Below, one piece after another: positions 37,650 to 50,914 of a stretch of DNA of 64,000 nucleotides (its first letter is position 1; each line of letters begins with the position of its first letter). The DNA is taken from contig NC_087472.1 of the NCBI RefSeq assembly GCF_036321535.1, positions 102,054,001 through 102,118,000 of the forward strand. The letters are read 5' to 3'. Made by a program: the position numbers and the translations under genes. The notes under the pieces are model-generated. The model was given only the letters and a program-made list of their open reading frames with translations, did no database searches and was not told the origin of the DNA. The stretch is from Camelus dromedarius (taxonomy: Eukaryota).

Positions 37650-38508
37650 GATTTCTGGTTTCAGGACAAGATGGAGTAGACACACTTCTCTATTCCTCTC
37701 ACTAAATACAGTTAAAAACCTGGACACAATATACAGACAGACAATGTAAGATGACTCTGCACAGTGGATTGAAGAAGGCAAACCAGCTAGGGAACTGGGT
37801 ACCCAGGGAAACACACAGCCATGAATTCCCTGGGTTTTCTTTTTTGCTCCGGGTATCCTGGACTGGATAGTAGAGAAGCCAGCAATCCACACGTGCCAAT
37901 GAGGGCAGACAATAAAAAGCTCCCCTCCTCTGCCCCAGCAAAATCCTGCTCTCTCTAACCAAAGGACTTGGAAAAAGTCAGCCTAGCAAGACAGAAATTA
38001 GACACAATACCCTTCTTGAATACAGATGCAAAATCTTTCAATATGGCAAATGCAATTTAGCAACTTATAAAAAGAATTACACATCATGATCACAAGGAGT
38101 TTTCTCCAGGGATGTAAGACTGATTTAATATTCAAAAATCGATGTAATCCACCACCTTAACAGGTGGGAAAAAAAATCACATGATCATGATCAGATCAAC
38201 CAATGTAGAAAAGGTACCTGAAAAAAACTCAGCACCCATTCATGATAAAAACTCTACCAAAAAACTACAGCTAACATCATACTTGATGAAAAGTGAAATG
38301 CTTTTTTGCTTAAGATTAGAAATAATGCAAGAATTCCTAGTCTCATCAATATTTTCAGCACAGTGCTGGAAGTCCTAGCTAGCACAATACTACAGAAAAT
38401 GAAAATAAAAGATACACATATTGAAAAGAAAGAAATCAAACTGTCTCTGTTTGCTGATTGCATGATGGTCCATGTAGAAAATTCCAAGGAATCTATATAT
38501 TTAAAAAC
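37650..38508 (+). mobile_element. Older L1 (5' end plus RT fragment), host of the young L1
   Basis: ttctggtttcaggacaagatgg 5' motif; RT remnant IFSTVLEVLAS...EIKLSLFADCM. Confidence 0.75.
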
Positions 38509-41500
38509 AGCAGTACTGATTTCAGATAAAATAGACTTTAAAACAAAGGCCATAAAGAAAGATAAAGAAGGACATTTTATAATGATTAAAGGAGTGATAC
38601 AAGATGAGGATAGTACACTCATTAATACATATGCACCAAATAGAGGAGCACCTAAGTACATAAAATAATTACTAACAGAGATAAAGGGGGATATTGATGG
38701 GAATACAATCATAGTTGGAGATTTTAACACTGCATTAACATCACTAGACAGATCTTCCAGACAGAAAATAAACAAGGCAACAGAGAAACTAAATACTACA
38801 ATAGAAAAATCAGATTTGGTGGATATTTTCAGAGCATTACACCCCCAAAAAATAGGATATACATTCTTTTCAAGTGCACATGGAACATTTTCCAGGATCG
38901 ATCATGTACTTGGGCACAAAAGAACCTCAACAATTTTAAGAAGATAGAAATTATCTCAAGCATCTTTACTGACCACAATGCCATGAAACTGGAAATCAAC
39001 AACAGAGAAACAAAGGAGAAAAAAAGGAAAGTATGGAGATTAAACAATATGTTATTGAAAAAACAATGGATCAATGAGGAAATCAAAGCTGAAATTAAAA
39101 AATACCTTGAGACAAATGATAATGAAAGCACAACCACTCAAAACCTATGGGACACAGCAAAGGCAGTGCTAAGAGGGAAGTTTATAGCGATACAGGCCTT
39201 CCTCAAAAAAGAAGAACAATCTCAAATAAACAATTTAACCCACCACCTGAATGAATTAGAAAAAGAAGAACAAAAAGCCCCAAAAAACAGCAGAAGAAAG
39301 GAAATAATAAAGATCAGAGAGGAATTAAATACAATAGAGATTGACAAGACCATAGAAAAAAATCAACCAAACCAAAAGCTGGTTTTTTGAAAAAGTAAAT
39401 AAAATCGACAAACCTCTGGCCAAACTCACAAAGAAGAAAAAAGAGAGAGCACAAATTAGCAAAATAAAAAAGGAAAATGGAGAAATTACAACAAACAAAA
39501 TAGAAATACAGAATATCATACGAGAATATTATGAAAAACTATGTGGAACCAAACTGGATAACCTAGAGGAGATGGACAAGTTTCTGGAAACATACTGTCC
39601 ACCAAAACTGAATCAAGAAGAATCTGAACACTTGAACAATCCGATCACTAGAAAGGAAATAGAAATAGCAATTAAAAACCTCCCTACAAATAAAAGTCCA
39701 GGACCGGACGGCTTCACCAGGGAATTCTACCAAACATACAAAGAAGAACTCATACCGGTTTTCTCAAACTCTTCCAGACGATTGAAAAGGAGGGAATACT
39801 CCCAAACTCATTCTATGAAGCCACCATCACCCTGATACCAAAACCAGGCAAAGACACTACAAAAAAAGAGAATTATAGGCCAATATCACTGATGAACATA
39901 GACGCCAAAATCCTCACCAAAATTTTAGCAAATAGAATCCAACAACACATAAAAAAGATTATACATCATGACCAAGTGGGGTTCATCCCAGGGACACAAG
40001 GCTGGTTCAACATACGCAAATCAATCAGTGTAATACATCACATCAACAAGAGAAAGGACAAAAACCACATGATCATCTCAATCGATGCAGAAAAAGCATT
40101 TGATAAAATTCAACACCCATTTATGATAAAAACTCTCGCCAAAGTGGGTATAGAGGGAACATATCTCAACATAATAAAAGCTATATATGACAAACCTACA
40201 GATAGCATAGTGCTCAACGGTGAAAAACTCAAAAGCTTCCCACTAAAATCTGGGACAAGACAAGGATGCCCACTATCACCACTCCTATTCAACATAGTCC
40301 TGGAAGTCCTAGCCACAGCAGTCAGGCAAGAGAAAGAAATAAAAGGGATCCAAATTGGAAAAGAAGAGGTAGAAGTGTCACTATATGCCGATGACATGTT
40401 ACTATATATAGAAAACCCTAAAAGGTCCACACAAAAGCTACTAGAGCTGATTGAAGAATTCAGCAAGGTAGCAGGTTACAAAATTAACGTTCAAAAATCA
40501 GTTGCATTTCTTTACACTAACGATAAATCAACAGAAGAAGAAAGTAAAGAAACAATCCCCTTTAAAATAGCACCCAAAGTAATCAAATATCTGGGAATAA
40601 ATCTAACCAAGGAGGTGAAAGAATTATACACAGAAAACTATAAACCATTGATGAAGGAAATTAAAGAAGACTTTAAAAAATGGAAAGATATTCCATGCTC
40701 TTGGATTGGAAGAATCAATATTGTTAAAATGGTCACACTGCCCAAGACAATCTACAGATTTAATGCAATCCCTATCAAATTACTCAGGACATATTTCACA
40801 GAACTAGAACAAATCATAATAAAATTTATATGGAACCATCAAAGACCTAGAATTCCCAAAGCATTACTGAAGAGAAAGAAAGAGGCTGGAGGAATAACTC
40901 TCCCAGACTTCAGACAATACTATAGAACTACAGTCATCAAGACAGCATGGTATTGGTACCAAAACAAACATATAGACCAATGGAACAGAACAGAGAGCCC
41001 AGAAATGAACCCACAAACTTTTGGTCAACTCATCTTCGACAAAGGAGGCAAGAATATACATTGGAATAAAGACAGTCTCTTCAGCAAATGGTGTTGGGAA
41101 AACTGGACAGCAGCATGTAAAACAATGAAGCTAGAACACTCCCTTACACCATATACAAAAATCAACTCAAAATGGATTAAAGACTTAAACATAAGACAAG
41201 ATACAATAAACCTCCTAGAGGAAAACATAGGCAAAACATTATCTGACATACACTTCAAAAATTTTCTCCTAGAAGAAATAAAAGCAAGAATAAACAAATG
41301 GGACCTAATGAAACTTACAAGCTTCTGCACAGCAAAGGAAACCAGAAGTAAAACAAGAAGAAAACCTACGGAATGGGAGAAAATTTTTGCAAGTGAAACC
41401 GACAAAGGCTTGATCTCCAGAATATATAAGCAGCTCATACGACTCAATAAGAAAAAAATAAACAACCCAATCCAAAAATGGGCAGAAGACCTAAACAAGC

Positions 41501-42087
41501 AATTCTCCAAGGAAGACATACAAATGATCAAAAAGCACATGAAAAAATGCTCAATATCACTAATTATCAGAGAAATGCAAATCAAAACTACAATGAGGTA
41601 TCACCTCACACCAGTCAGAATGGCCATCATTCAAAAATCCGCAAATGACAAATGCTAGAGAGGCTGTGGAGAAAGGGGAACCCTCCTACTCTGCTGGTGG
41701 GAATGCAGTCTGGTGCAGCCACTATGGAAAACAGTGTGGAGATTCCTCAAAAGACTAGGAATAGACTTACCATATGACCCAGGAATCCCACTCCTGGGCT
41801 TGTATCCAGAAGGAAATCTACTTCAGGATGACACCTGCACCCCAATGTTCATAGCAGCACTATTTACAATAGCCAAAACATGGAAACAGCCTAAATGTCC
41901 ATCAACAGGTGACTGGATAAAGAAGATGTGGTATATTTATACAATGGAATACTACTCAGCCATAAAAACCAACAACATAATGCCATTTGCAGCAACATGG
42001 ATGCTCCTGGAGAATGTCATTCTAAGTGAAGTAAGCCAGAAAGAGAAAGAAAAATACCATATGAGATCGCTCATATGTGGAATCTAA
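38509..42087 (+). pseudogene. Disrupted L1 ORF2p (endonuclease partial; RT intact within the 588-aa ORF 39892-41658)
   Basis: RT motifs [21 protein letters not shown] and YADD. Premature stops at 38666-38668 and 41656-41658, and frame changes near 38920, 39360 and 39760. Confidence 0.92.
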
Positions 42088-42419
42088 AAAACAAAAACAA
42101 AAACAAACAAACAAACAAAAACAAAGCATAAATACAGGACAGAAATAGACTCACAGACAGAGAATACAGACTTGTGGTTACCAGGGGGGTGGAGGGTGGG
42201 AAGGGATAGACTGGGATTTCAAAATTGTAGAATAGATAAACAAGATTGCACTGTATAGCACAGGGAAATATACACAAAATGTTATGATAACTCACAGAGA
42301 AAAAAATGTGACAATGAGTGTGTATATGTCCATGAATGACTGAAAAATTGTGCTGAACACTGGAATTTGACACAACATTGTAAAATGATTATAAATCAAT
42401 AAAAAATGTTTTAAAAAAA
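38509..42419 (+). mobile_element. Young, 5'-truncated camelid L1 (most of ORF2 plus 3' UTR and poly(A)), antisense to REPS2
   Basis: Begins inside the endonuclease domain (AVLISDKIDFK); ends in aataaa and an A tail; inserted at tt/aaaaac with a short aaaaac duplication (38503-38508, 42420-42425). Confidence 0.95.
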
Positions 42420-42424
42420 AAAAA

Positions 42425-44340
42425 CCCTCCTAGAACCAAAAAGTGATTTTAGCAAGGATATAAGTAAGTTTTCAAGATAGAAGATTAACACACAAAAATC
42501 AACAGTATTTTGATATACTAAGAATGAACACCTGGAAATCAAAATCAAAAATAACATTTACAAATACTCAAACTGAAATTTTTAGATATACAAATTTAAA
42601 TGCTGAAAACTATACCATACGGATGAAAGAAATAAAATAGGATCTAGATAAATGGAGAAATATATCATGTTCATAGACTGGAAAACTCAACATAGTAAAG
42701 ATGTCAACTCTCCCTAGACTGATGTAAAGGTTTAACACAGTTCCTATTGAAACCTCAGCAAGATATTTTATAGTTTAAGACAAAATTATTCTAAAATTAA
42801 AGAGAAGATTTCTTACATAGCTAGAGTATCAAACAGTAAAGTAATTAAGATAGTGATCAAGACTGTATGGTATTGGCAGAGGGAAAGACATGAAGATCAA
42901 TGGAACAGAATAAAAAACTTAGAAATAGACTGAACACTAGCACAGCCAATTTATTTTTGAGAGAGGTGCAAAAGCAAGTCAATAGAGAAAGAATAGCCTT
43001 TCAACAAACAGTGCTGAAGCGATTCAATATCCATAGGCCAAAAAACAAACCCTGATCCAGATCTCACATCTTATATAAAAATTAACACACAATGGATCAC
43101 AAACTTAAATATACAGTGTAAAATTATAAAACTTTTGGAAGAAAACGTAAGAGAAAACCTTCAGGACCTAGAGCTTGGCAAAGTGATTTTAGAAGTAACA
43201 ACAAAGGTACAACGCAGAAAAGTAAAAGAAATCAGTAAGTTGGACTTCATCAAAATTTTTAAATTTTTGCTCAGCAAAAGATTCTATTAAGATGATGAGA
43301 AGACAAGACACAGACTGAGAGAAAATATTTGCAAACCACAGATCTAAGAATTGATTTGCACTAGAATATATAAAGAACTCTCAAAACTCAACATTAAAAA
43401 ACAAGTCAATTAGAAAATGGGCAAAGGAGATGAAGAGGCAATTCATCAAAGAGGATATACGATGGCAAATAGACACATGAAAAAGATGGTCTAGCTATTA
43501 GGGAAATGCAAATTAATAGCGCAATGGGACAGCACCACACGCCTATTAGAACAGCTAAATTTTTTAAAATAGTGACAATAGCAAATGCTGGTGAGAATGC
43601 AGAGAAGGTGAATCTCTCATACACTGCTGGTGTGAAGATACAATGGTACAGCCATTTGGGAAAACAACTTGGCAGTTTCTTTAAAAATTAAATATACACT
43701 TAGCACACAACCCAACAATCACGCTCTTGGACATTTATCTCAGAAAAATGAAAACCTGTGTACACACAAGAGGCTGTACACAATTACTCATAACAGCTTT
43801 ATTTGTAATACTCAACAACCAGACACAACCAAAATGTCTGTCAACAGGTGAACAGCTAAACAGACTGTGGTACAACCATAGCATAGAATACTGCTTAGCA
43901 GTACTGACTGAGATAAACAACTTGGATAGACGTCAAGGATATTATGCCAAGTGAAAAAAAGCCAAACTCAAAAGGTCACATGTTATGTGATTCCACGTAT
44001 ATAACATTTAGAAAATGACAAAGTTATAGACATGGAAAACTGATAAGTGATTACCAGGGGTAAGGAGTGGAGGAGAGGAGGGGGTATCCCGTATCTTGTG
44101 TGACTCCCGTATCTTGATTACAGTGATGGTTACAAGACATACACATGTGATAAAATGGCACAAAACTAGACATACACACTGGCCCAATGTCAGTTTACTG
44201 GTTTGGATATTGCACTATATAGCTAGGTAAATGTAATCATTGAGAGAAACTAGGTGAAAGATACACAGGACTTCTTTGTACTATTTTTGAGTTTCCTGTG
44301 AATCTCTAATAATTACAAAATAAGAAGTTTTATAAAAATA
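42425..44340 (+). mobile_element. Remainder of the older host L1 (ORF2 3' part plus L1MC/MD-like 3' UTR)
   Basis: ctcctagaacc..aagtga resumes the RT sequence broken at 38508; MQINSAMGQHHTPIR C-terminal remnant. Confidence 0.82.
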
Positions 44341-45111
44341 CATGTTGATCAGAACAGGATGACTCCTTTTAAACTACTACCATCAAAAGTGTGCCCAGCT
44401 TACAGCAGCTCCCCTTTTCTCTGGGAACTGTCTATATCCCTTTCCCCCTCCTGCACAGGGATGGGCCCCAGGCAGACAGTCCTATTTGTCTTAAGAAACC
44501 ATCACCTGTTTTCACACTTGAATGGATGCTGGCCCATGCTAAGCTGACCAGATTCTCTCTCCCAGGAGTTGGGTCCTGGTTAAGAGTTCAGTTCAGCCTG
44601 AGCCCTGCACAGTGAGAACGTAACACCTGGAGCAGAAGGTGGTTGAGAAGTCTTCATAGATAAAAGTGACAGAACACAGAAAAGAATCAGAAGGAGCCCT
44701 CACAGGTCTACAGTCCTCTCTCCCAATTCACTCCTGCTGCTGGTTTCCAAGAGTCACCCCTGAACTCTTTATCATAAAGAATATGGATTTGCCAGCTTAA
44801 GATGCTTTTTATTATTTGCAAACAAAGGAGCCCTAAATAACACAAAGATGGGGTCTGGCCCCAAAGACCTCTCAAGGGTTCAGCAATGGCATCTAACTTG
44901 CCTCACCTCCTAAGAGTTGCTTCTAGAGCTTGTCTCTCCAGATTCTCCTAATCTTGTTACTCACTGATCCAGGCTGGGCTCTAACTGGCCTGGTCTCCAA
45001 GGAGGAAGATGAGGGAGTAGCAGGGAAGGAGCATTTATTTTGCCTGCTGCTACTGTGTGTCATGCTATCTACAGACTTAGAACTGCACACTCTGAGGCAC
45101 TGTCCACGGAC

Positions 45112-45590
45112 TTCTGTGGCAGACTATCCCCAAATCCCCTTCTTGTGCCTTCCTGTTTTCAGTACCATATCCTCCTCAGTTTGAGATAGACACGTGGCCT
45201 TCCAACTAGAAACTACATTTCCGTATCTCCCTGGCAAGTAGGTGAGGCCACATGACTAAGTTTGGGCCAAAGGGATCCAAGAGAAGTGACGCAGGCCTCT
45301 TCTGAGTCATGCCCTTCAATGTTATCTGTTTTTCTCTCCATTTGTTCCTTTCCCCTTCCTGGGCCCGGGACACAAACATGTCAGAGGTGAGCCATCTTCA
45401 ACAGTGTGGATAAAGGCAACCTTCAGAGGGACCTCAAACAAGAAGACAGAAGATACCTGGGCTTCTAGACAGTCACCCTACATTTCTGGACCACTCACCA
45501 ACTCAGACTTTTACATAAGAAAGAAGTCAATTTCTATGTTATTTCAGTGACTGTTACCCGGTTTTTGTTCAAGCAACTGAAGCGATATGA
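45112..45590 (+). mobile_element. MaLR LTR (MLT1J/K-like)
   Basis: actacatttcc..atctccctggcaagtaggtgaggccacatgactaagtt motif. Confidence 0.7.
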
Positions 45591-46699
45591 GACGGAATAT
45601 AAACTGGGGTCTCTAGGTTCACCCTGGACCCTAATTTCTCCCACAGAATTCTGAGTACAGCTTCTAAGAACTGAGTTTGTATTGCCCTTTCTCTTCTTGG
45701 AAATGGTAGGTTTTCATTAGAGATGCCAATCATCAACCCCACAGACATTCTAGTGTTGCCAAACACGAGGAAGGAAGAGAAACAGACTCCTTACCTCACT
45801 GAGAACGTCATGCAGGCAAGCAGACACTGCCTCACTGGCTCCTGGGAATGCCCTGGGGCAGTCCAGGACACCTCCTGGGGTTATAGAGAAGAGCAAAGGC
45901 CACAGAGGCTGGCGCAGGGTCAGTCACAGTACTGCCACACAACATCTTCTATTTCCAAACTATTCACACAATTCTATATACCCAAAGTCCATCCTTAGCA
46001 GATGCACAACATACAGGAAAAAACCAATTAAGCCAAATTATTTCTAAGGAAAATCCACTTCTCTCTTTATGGGCAGCTCATTAATGATGACACAACCTGA
46101 AAGCTGTTTATTACTTACAACCTAGACTAAGAAGCTCACCTGGAGGGAATATTTTATTACTTTCTTTGCCCCAAACAGATAGACAATGATGATATCTGAA
46201 GCATAATTTGTTCCTTATAATAGGTCAGTTCTAATGTTAATTTCCCCAAAAGGTGATGATCATTTTGCAACTTGATTTGTGACTCTTTCCTCAATTTTCC
46301 CAAAGATAATATATAGTAACAACCACACGAAATGCATTGGAGAGAGGTTAGCTTACCACATGCAATGGATGTCTAAGGGCATCGGAGCTTAATTCTTTCC
46401 CAGAACCCTAGTTGAGAAAGGGCTGTAAAGACTAACCATCATGTGTCTGGCTGGCTCTCTACAGATCTTAAAAAATTATGAATGCTAAGTTGCTTCTTAT
46501 TACTCCAAAAGAAACTGGTCTGGGACCTGAAATAAGTTATATAAAATTCCCTGACCCCAAAGCTTAGATCCCTGCCATTTATAGCACCATCTGTGTGGTG
46601 ATCTGGTGGGTACTAGCCTCTCTCAGCCTGACCCCCCCAATCTAATGAGAGAGTATCACAGTGAGGGACAGTGACTGAACAGGCAGATAAAAGGAAATA

Positions 46700-47960
46700 T
46701 CTCCTTTCAACAAATGCTGCTGGAACAACTGGATAAATATACGCAAAAAAATGAAGTTGGATCTCTTCCTCATACTACAGACAAAAATGAATTCACAATA
46801 GACCTTGGGCTCAATGTAAGAGCTAATACTATAAAACTGTTAGAAGCAAACACCGGAACAAACCTTCATGAACTTTAGTTGGGCAATGATTTCTTAGATA
46901 TGACACTAAATTTACAAGTGACAAAGGAAAAAATTAGCTAAATTGGACTTGATCAAAATTAAAAATATTGTGCCACAAATAACACCAAAATAAAGTGAAA
47001 AGACAACCCACAGAATGGGAGAAAATATTAGCAAATCATGTATCCGACAAGGGACTTGTATCTAGAATATATAAAAACCTCATAACTCAAAAACAAAACA
47101 ATAATCCAAGTAAAAGTGGGCAAAGAATATGAATAGACATTTCTCCAAAGAAGATATACACATGGCCCATACGCACATGAAAAGATGCTTAACATCATTA
47201 TTCATCAAGAAAATAAAAATCAAAACCACAATGAGATACCACTTCACATCATCTAAGATGGCTATAATAAAAAAAAATTAAAAATCAAGTAACAAGAGTT
47301 GGCAAGGAAGAAGGAAAAATGGAACCCTCATAGTTTACTGGCAGGATTATAAAACTCTATAGCCACTGTGGAAAAGAGTTTGGCGGGTCCTTAAACTGTT
47401 AAACATCAAGTTACCATATGACCCAGCAATTCCACTCCAAGACAAATGAAAACATAAGTTTACACAAAAACTTGTACACAAATATTCATAGCATCATTAC
47501 TCTTAATAGCTGAAAAGTGGAAACAACCCAAATGGCCATCAAGTGATGTGTGGATAAATAAAATGTGGTACATCCATATAATAAAACATTATTCAGCAAT
47601 TTTAAAAAATTAAGTTCTGACTCTTTGTACAACATGGATGAACCTAAAAAACATGATACTAAGCGAAAGAAGCCAGTCACAAAAGACCACATGTTGTACG
47701 ATTCCATTTAAATGAAATAGCCAGAATAGGCAAATCTATAGACAGAAAGTAGTAGTGGTTGCCTGAGGGTTAGGGTAGAGGAGAGTGGAAAGCGACTGTT
47801 AATGGGCATGGAATTTCTTTCTGGGGTGATGAAAATGTTCAAAAATTAGATTGTTGTGATGGCTGCACAACTTTTTAAATATACTAAAGCTCACTGAATT
47901 GTACATTTAAAAGGGTGAATTGTATCTCAATAAAGCTGTTTTTAAAAAAGACAAAGAAAA
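46700..47960 (+). mobile_element. 5'-truncated L1MB-like fragment
   Basis: ttcaacaaatgctgctggaacaactgg through a 3' UTR ending tatctcaataaagctg and an A-rich tail. Confidence 0.88.
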
Positions 47961-49160
47961 GAAAAAGAAAAAGATCTCTGTATGAACTCCGTCAGCTGCT
48001 CTGCCATCCACTTTGGAGGATGTTGTAACCACCACTGACTGACTAGCAATAATGCAACGCATAGATTAAAGTGGAAAGCTGGGGAGTACGTGGGAGAAAG
48101 TTTAGCCATCTGTGTCCCTGACAGACACCCATCCCGTGGGTGGCTAGTAGATGGTCAAAGCACTCGGCGACTATCAAGAACAAAATGTATTTCTTTATGC
48201 ACTAATACCACCAGGGAACTGTCCATCTGGAAAAAAATAAGAAAACAAAAACCATCTTCTGAATGGGGCTTTGGCTTCAAAGGCATACTGCACCCACAGA
48301 ACTTGTTGCTTTTCTTTCTGTAACACTGTAAGCAGGAGAAAATCAGCAGCAGCCCCTGAGCTCTGCAAGGCCCCGGAGCAGTGTCATGATGTTAGAGACT
48401 AGTCAGGCTCACTTGAAGTCATGCACGGCAGCAGGTTTCTGCCCTCAACACCTTGCTCAATTTCACTACAGGGAAACTGAGGCAAATGATGGCTCTTTCT
48501 TAAAGTCAAAGCCTTCTGGAGAAGGATGGTTTGTCCAGATGATTGTCTTTTCAGCTTCTGGCCACGTCCACAGGTGTCCTCACCTTCCATCCAATGCCTA
48601 TTACAGCTGATCAGACGGATACCTTAGCAGCTCTGCACGTGGCCATCTTGGACAAAAGAACCTCTCTGTGGGGATGAAAATGAAATCACACACCACATCG
48701 ACTAGAAGTTGGGTCTGAGGGTCTGGAAGCTAGCCATGTGCACCAGGCAGACATGAGACGAGACAAGCGAAGAGAAAGGCTGCCATTTATATCACTGTCT
48801 TCGTCCAAGGAGAACACAGGCAAGCACAAGGAAGGGCAGTCAGAAGGAAAGGAAAGGGAGGAAGGAGAGGAAGGAAATTAAACCAAACGAAAACACAACC
48901 CCAACCTGGGACTTGTTTGTCCCTTGGGTCAAGTTAAGTCCTGCAGCTTAAAAAGTCTCTTTCTATGTGACCGGGAGCCTGTGATCCCATCACAGAGATG
49001 AGTACGGTGAGACTGTAAGCATAAAATCACACCTGCCCCTGGGTGTGAGTGTAAATGTAAACATATTTATATTACACACTCACACACACATACATATATA
49101 CATACATGCAGATTTAAAACGCAGTTTCCAACCTTGCACTCATTTATCTGTTCTACTTAC

Positions 49161-49306
49161 TTTTGGACTGCTGGATGGGGTTTCACAGTTGCTACAGAAG
49201 CTGGCCCGCCCACAGTGGTAGAAGGTTCTTGGCTTTCTGTAGCTTGATTTTCAGGTCGGAATTTCCTGCGGATGGGCTTTGATGGGGGCTGAGAGTATGG
49301 TATGTC
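49161..49306 (-). CDS. REPS2: REPS2 coding exon, 146 nt, phase 0-2 (DIPYSQPPSKPIRRKFRPENQATESQEPSTTVGGPASVATVKPHPAVQ+AA)
   Basis: Acceptor tttttaatccacag, donor AA|gtaagt. Contains the proline-rich PPSKPIRRK motif recognised from REPS2. Phase 2 matches the next exon (AA|A = Lys). Confidence 0.93.
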
Positions 49307-50363
49307 CTGTGGATTAAAAAAAAAAAAAGAACCCGAAAGTTAAAAAATTAAACGTCCCCCAACATGTCAGTGCTCTATGTTCCTCTAGGCCTGTCCCCAA
49401 GGTCAGTTATGTCCTCTATTCAAATTCCATACCCAAGACACAAGGCTCAGCAAGACCTGGAGGGCCCCGGGCATCAGATTCCAGTAGCCTTTCTTTCCTT
49501 TTGTTTCTTTTTTTCTTTTTTAATATTTGCAGCCTATTACCTGTTTTTGCCACCTGGAAGGACACAGGAATCAGATTACAGTGGCCTGCCTGCCCTCTCT
49601 TCCTCCCTTCCTTCCTTTTTTAAATGCTGTGTGCATCTCCTACCAGGGGGCCTTTCCTAACTAAAGAAAAATTAGCTCTTGCCTCACTTTGGGGCTTTCG
49701 AGAATATGCTCTAAGTTTTCAAGTTTGTAAAGGTCTTCGTCATGTACTTGTCCTTCTCCTACCTCCAGTTCCTACATAAAGTCAAGCTAAAGAGCCATTG
49801 TGTCTTCTGGAAAGAGACAGCTGGCCTGCTTCCAAGGAGGCCCTGCCCCACCTGCACTCCTGAGCCCAGGCCCACTCTGTGGTGGGAAGGGGGCCTGAGG
49901 AAGAGGGTGAGAAGATGAACGAAGAACACGGTGAGTGACTGAGTGGTGAGCACTGAGCAAGTGGCCATGACTCAGTGACACGGGTGAGCATAAGGACAAA
50001 GAAAAGGAGACTATCCCGCCCCCAGGGCACTCCTAAAGGCTTAGACGCTTAGTGCAGCTCTGTTAAGGGCATCTGCCCCTCACGCCCCCCACCACAAGCA
50101 TCTCCTGGTCTTGCCACAAGCAAGGCCGCCATATTTAGCTGGGAGGTGGGAGAGGGAAGAATACACTGTCAGTGACACCAAGGTGGAGCCCAGGAACCAT
50201 CAGGACTCTAATCTACACAAAGAATACAGATTCTAGGAAATCTGGATCATATACACTCATGTCAGAACATGAAAACCTTAAAACGGCAGATCTGCTAGCA
50301 GAGGCCAGAAGCCCAGGGGAGGGGTCACAAGGCCATCATAGCAAACCCTCACACTGGCCTTAC

Positions 50364-50447
50364 CTTCTTTGTTGGACTACTTTCTGCAGCTTGAGAGGGG
50401 GCTCTGTTCAGCTGTGAGTGTAACTCGGCCTCAGATGCTGGTTCAGA
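50364..50447 (-). CDS. REPS2: REPS2 internal coding exon, 84 nt, phase 0-0 (SEPASEAELHSQLNRAPSQAAESSPTKK)
   Basis: Minus-strand acceptor ttttgctacag and donor AAG|gtaagg. The translation resembles the REPS2 segment I recall (SEQVSEAELLPQLSRAPSQAAESSPAKK) and joins the next exon in frame. Confidence 0.9.
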
Positions 50448-50734
50448 CTGTAGCAAAAAATCACAGAGAGAATAAAAATGTAAAAACATAACCACCTAAA
50501 TATATAATGAAGAGCACTTAGGAAAATAACTCCAAAGGGGAAACTGACTTCTACCAAGATACAGCCAAAGATGGTCAGGTCTGCTGATCCTCGAGAAAAC
50601 CTTCCATAGACACCGCCATTCCCTCCCACCCCTCCTCCCAGCACCGTTCAACCTTAGGAAAAGGAGTCACAGGAATGCCTTCTATAACTGGATGTACATA
50701 TTGCTAAAAACTAATGCTTCAAGAGCTCAAACTA

Positions 50735-50914
50735 GGGGGAGGTTACATACCTCAAGTGGTAGAGCACAGGCTTATAATGCACGAGGTCCTGGGTGCAATC
50801 CCCAGTACCTCCATTAAAACATAATAATAATAATTAAATAAACCTAGTTACGTACCACCGCCAAAAACAAAAATAAATAAATGAAAACAGCAACCAATCA
50901 CTCATTAAAAAAAT
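50735..50914 (+). mobile_element. Vic-1-like SINE
   Basis: tRNA-like head and A-rich tail; TSD aagagctcaaacta/aaaagctcaaacta (50721-50734, 50915-50928). Confidence 0.88.

Noticed and set aside
38254..41585. Antisense ORFs of 100-186 aa
   Set aside because: They are the usual stop-poor reverse frames of L1 ORF2, with no independent coding signal.
39892..41658. 588-aa ORF as a host gene or novel reverse-transcriptase system
   Set aside because: It is ordinary L1 ORF2 RT within a 5'-truncated element that has stops and frameshifts on both sides.
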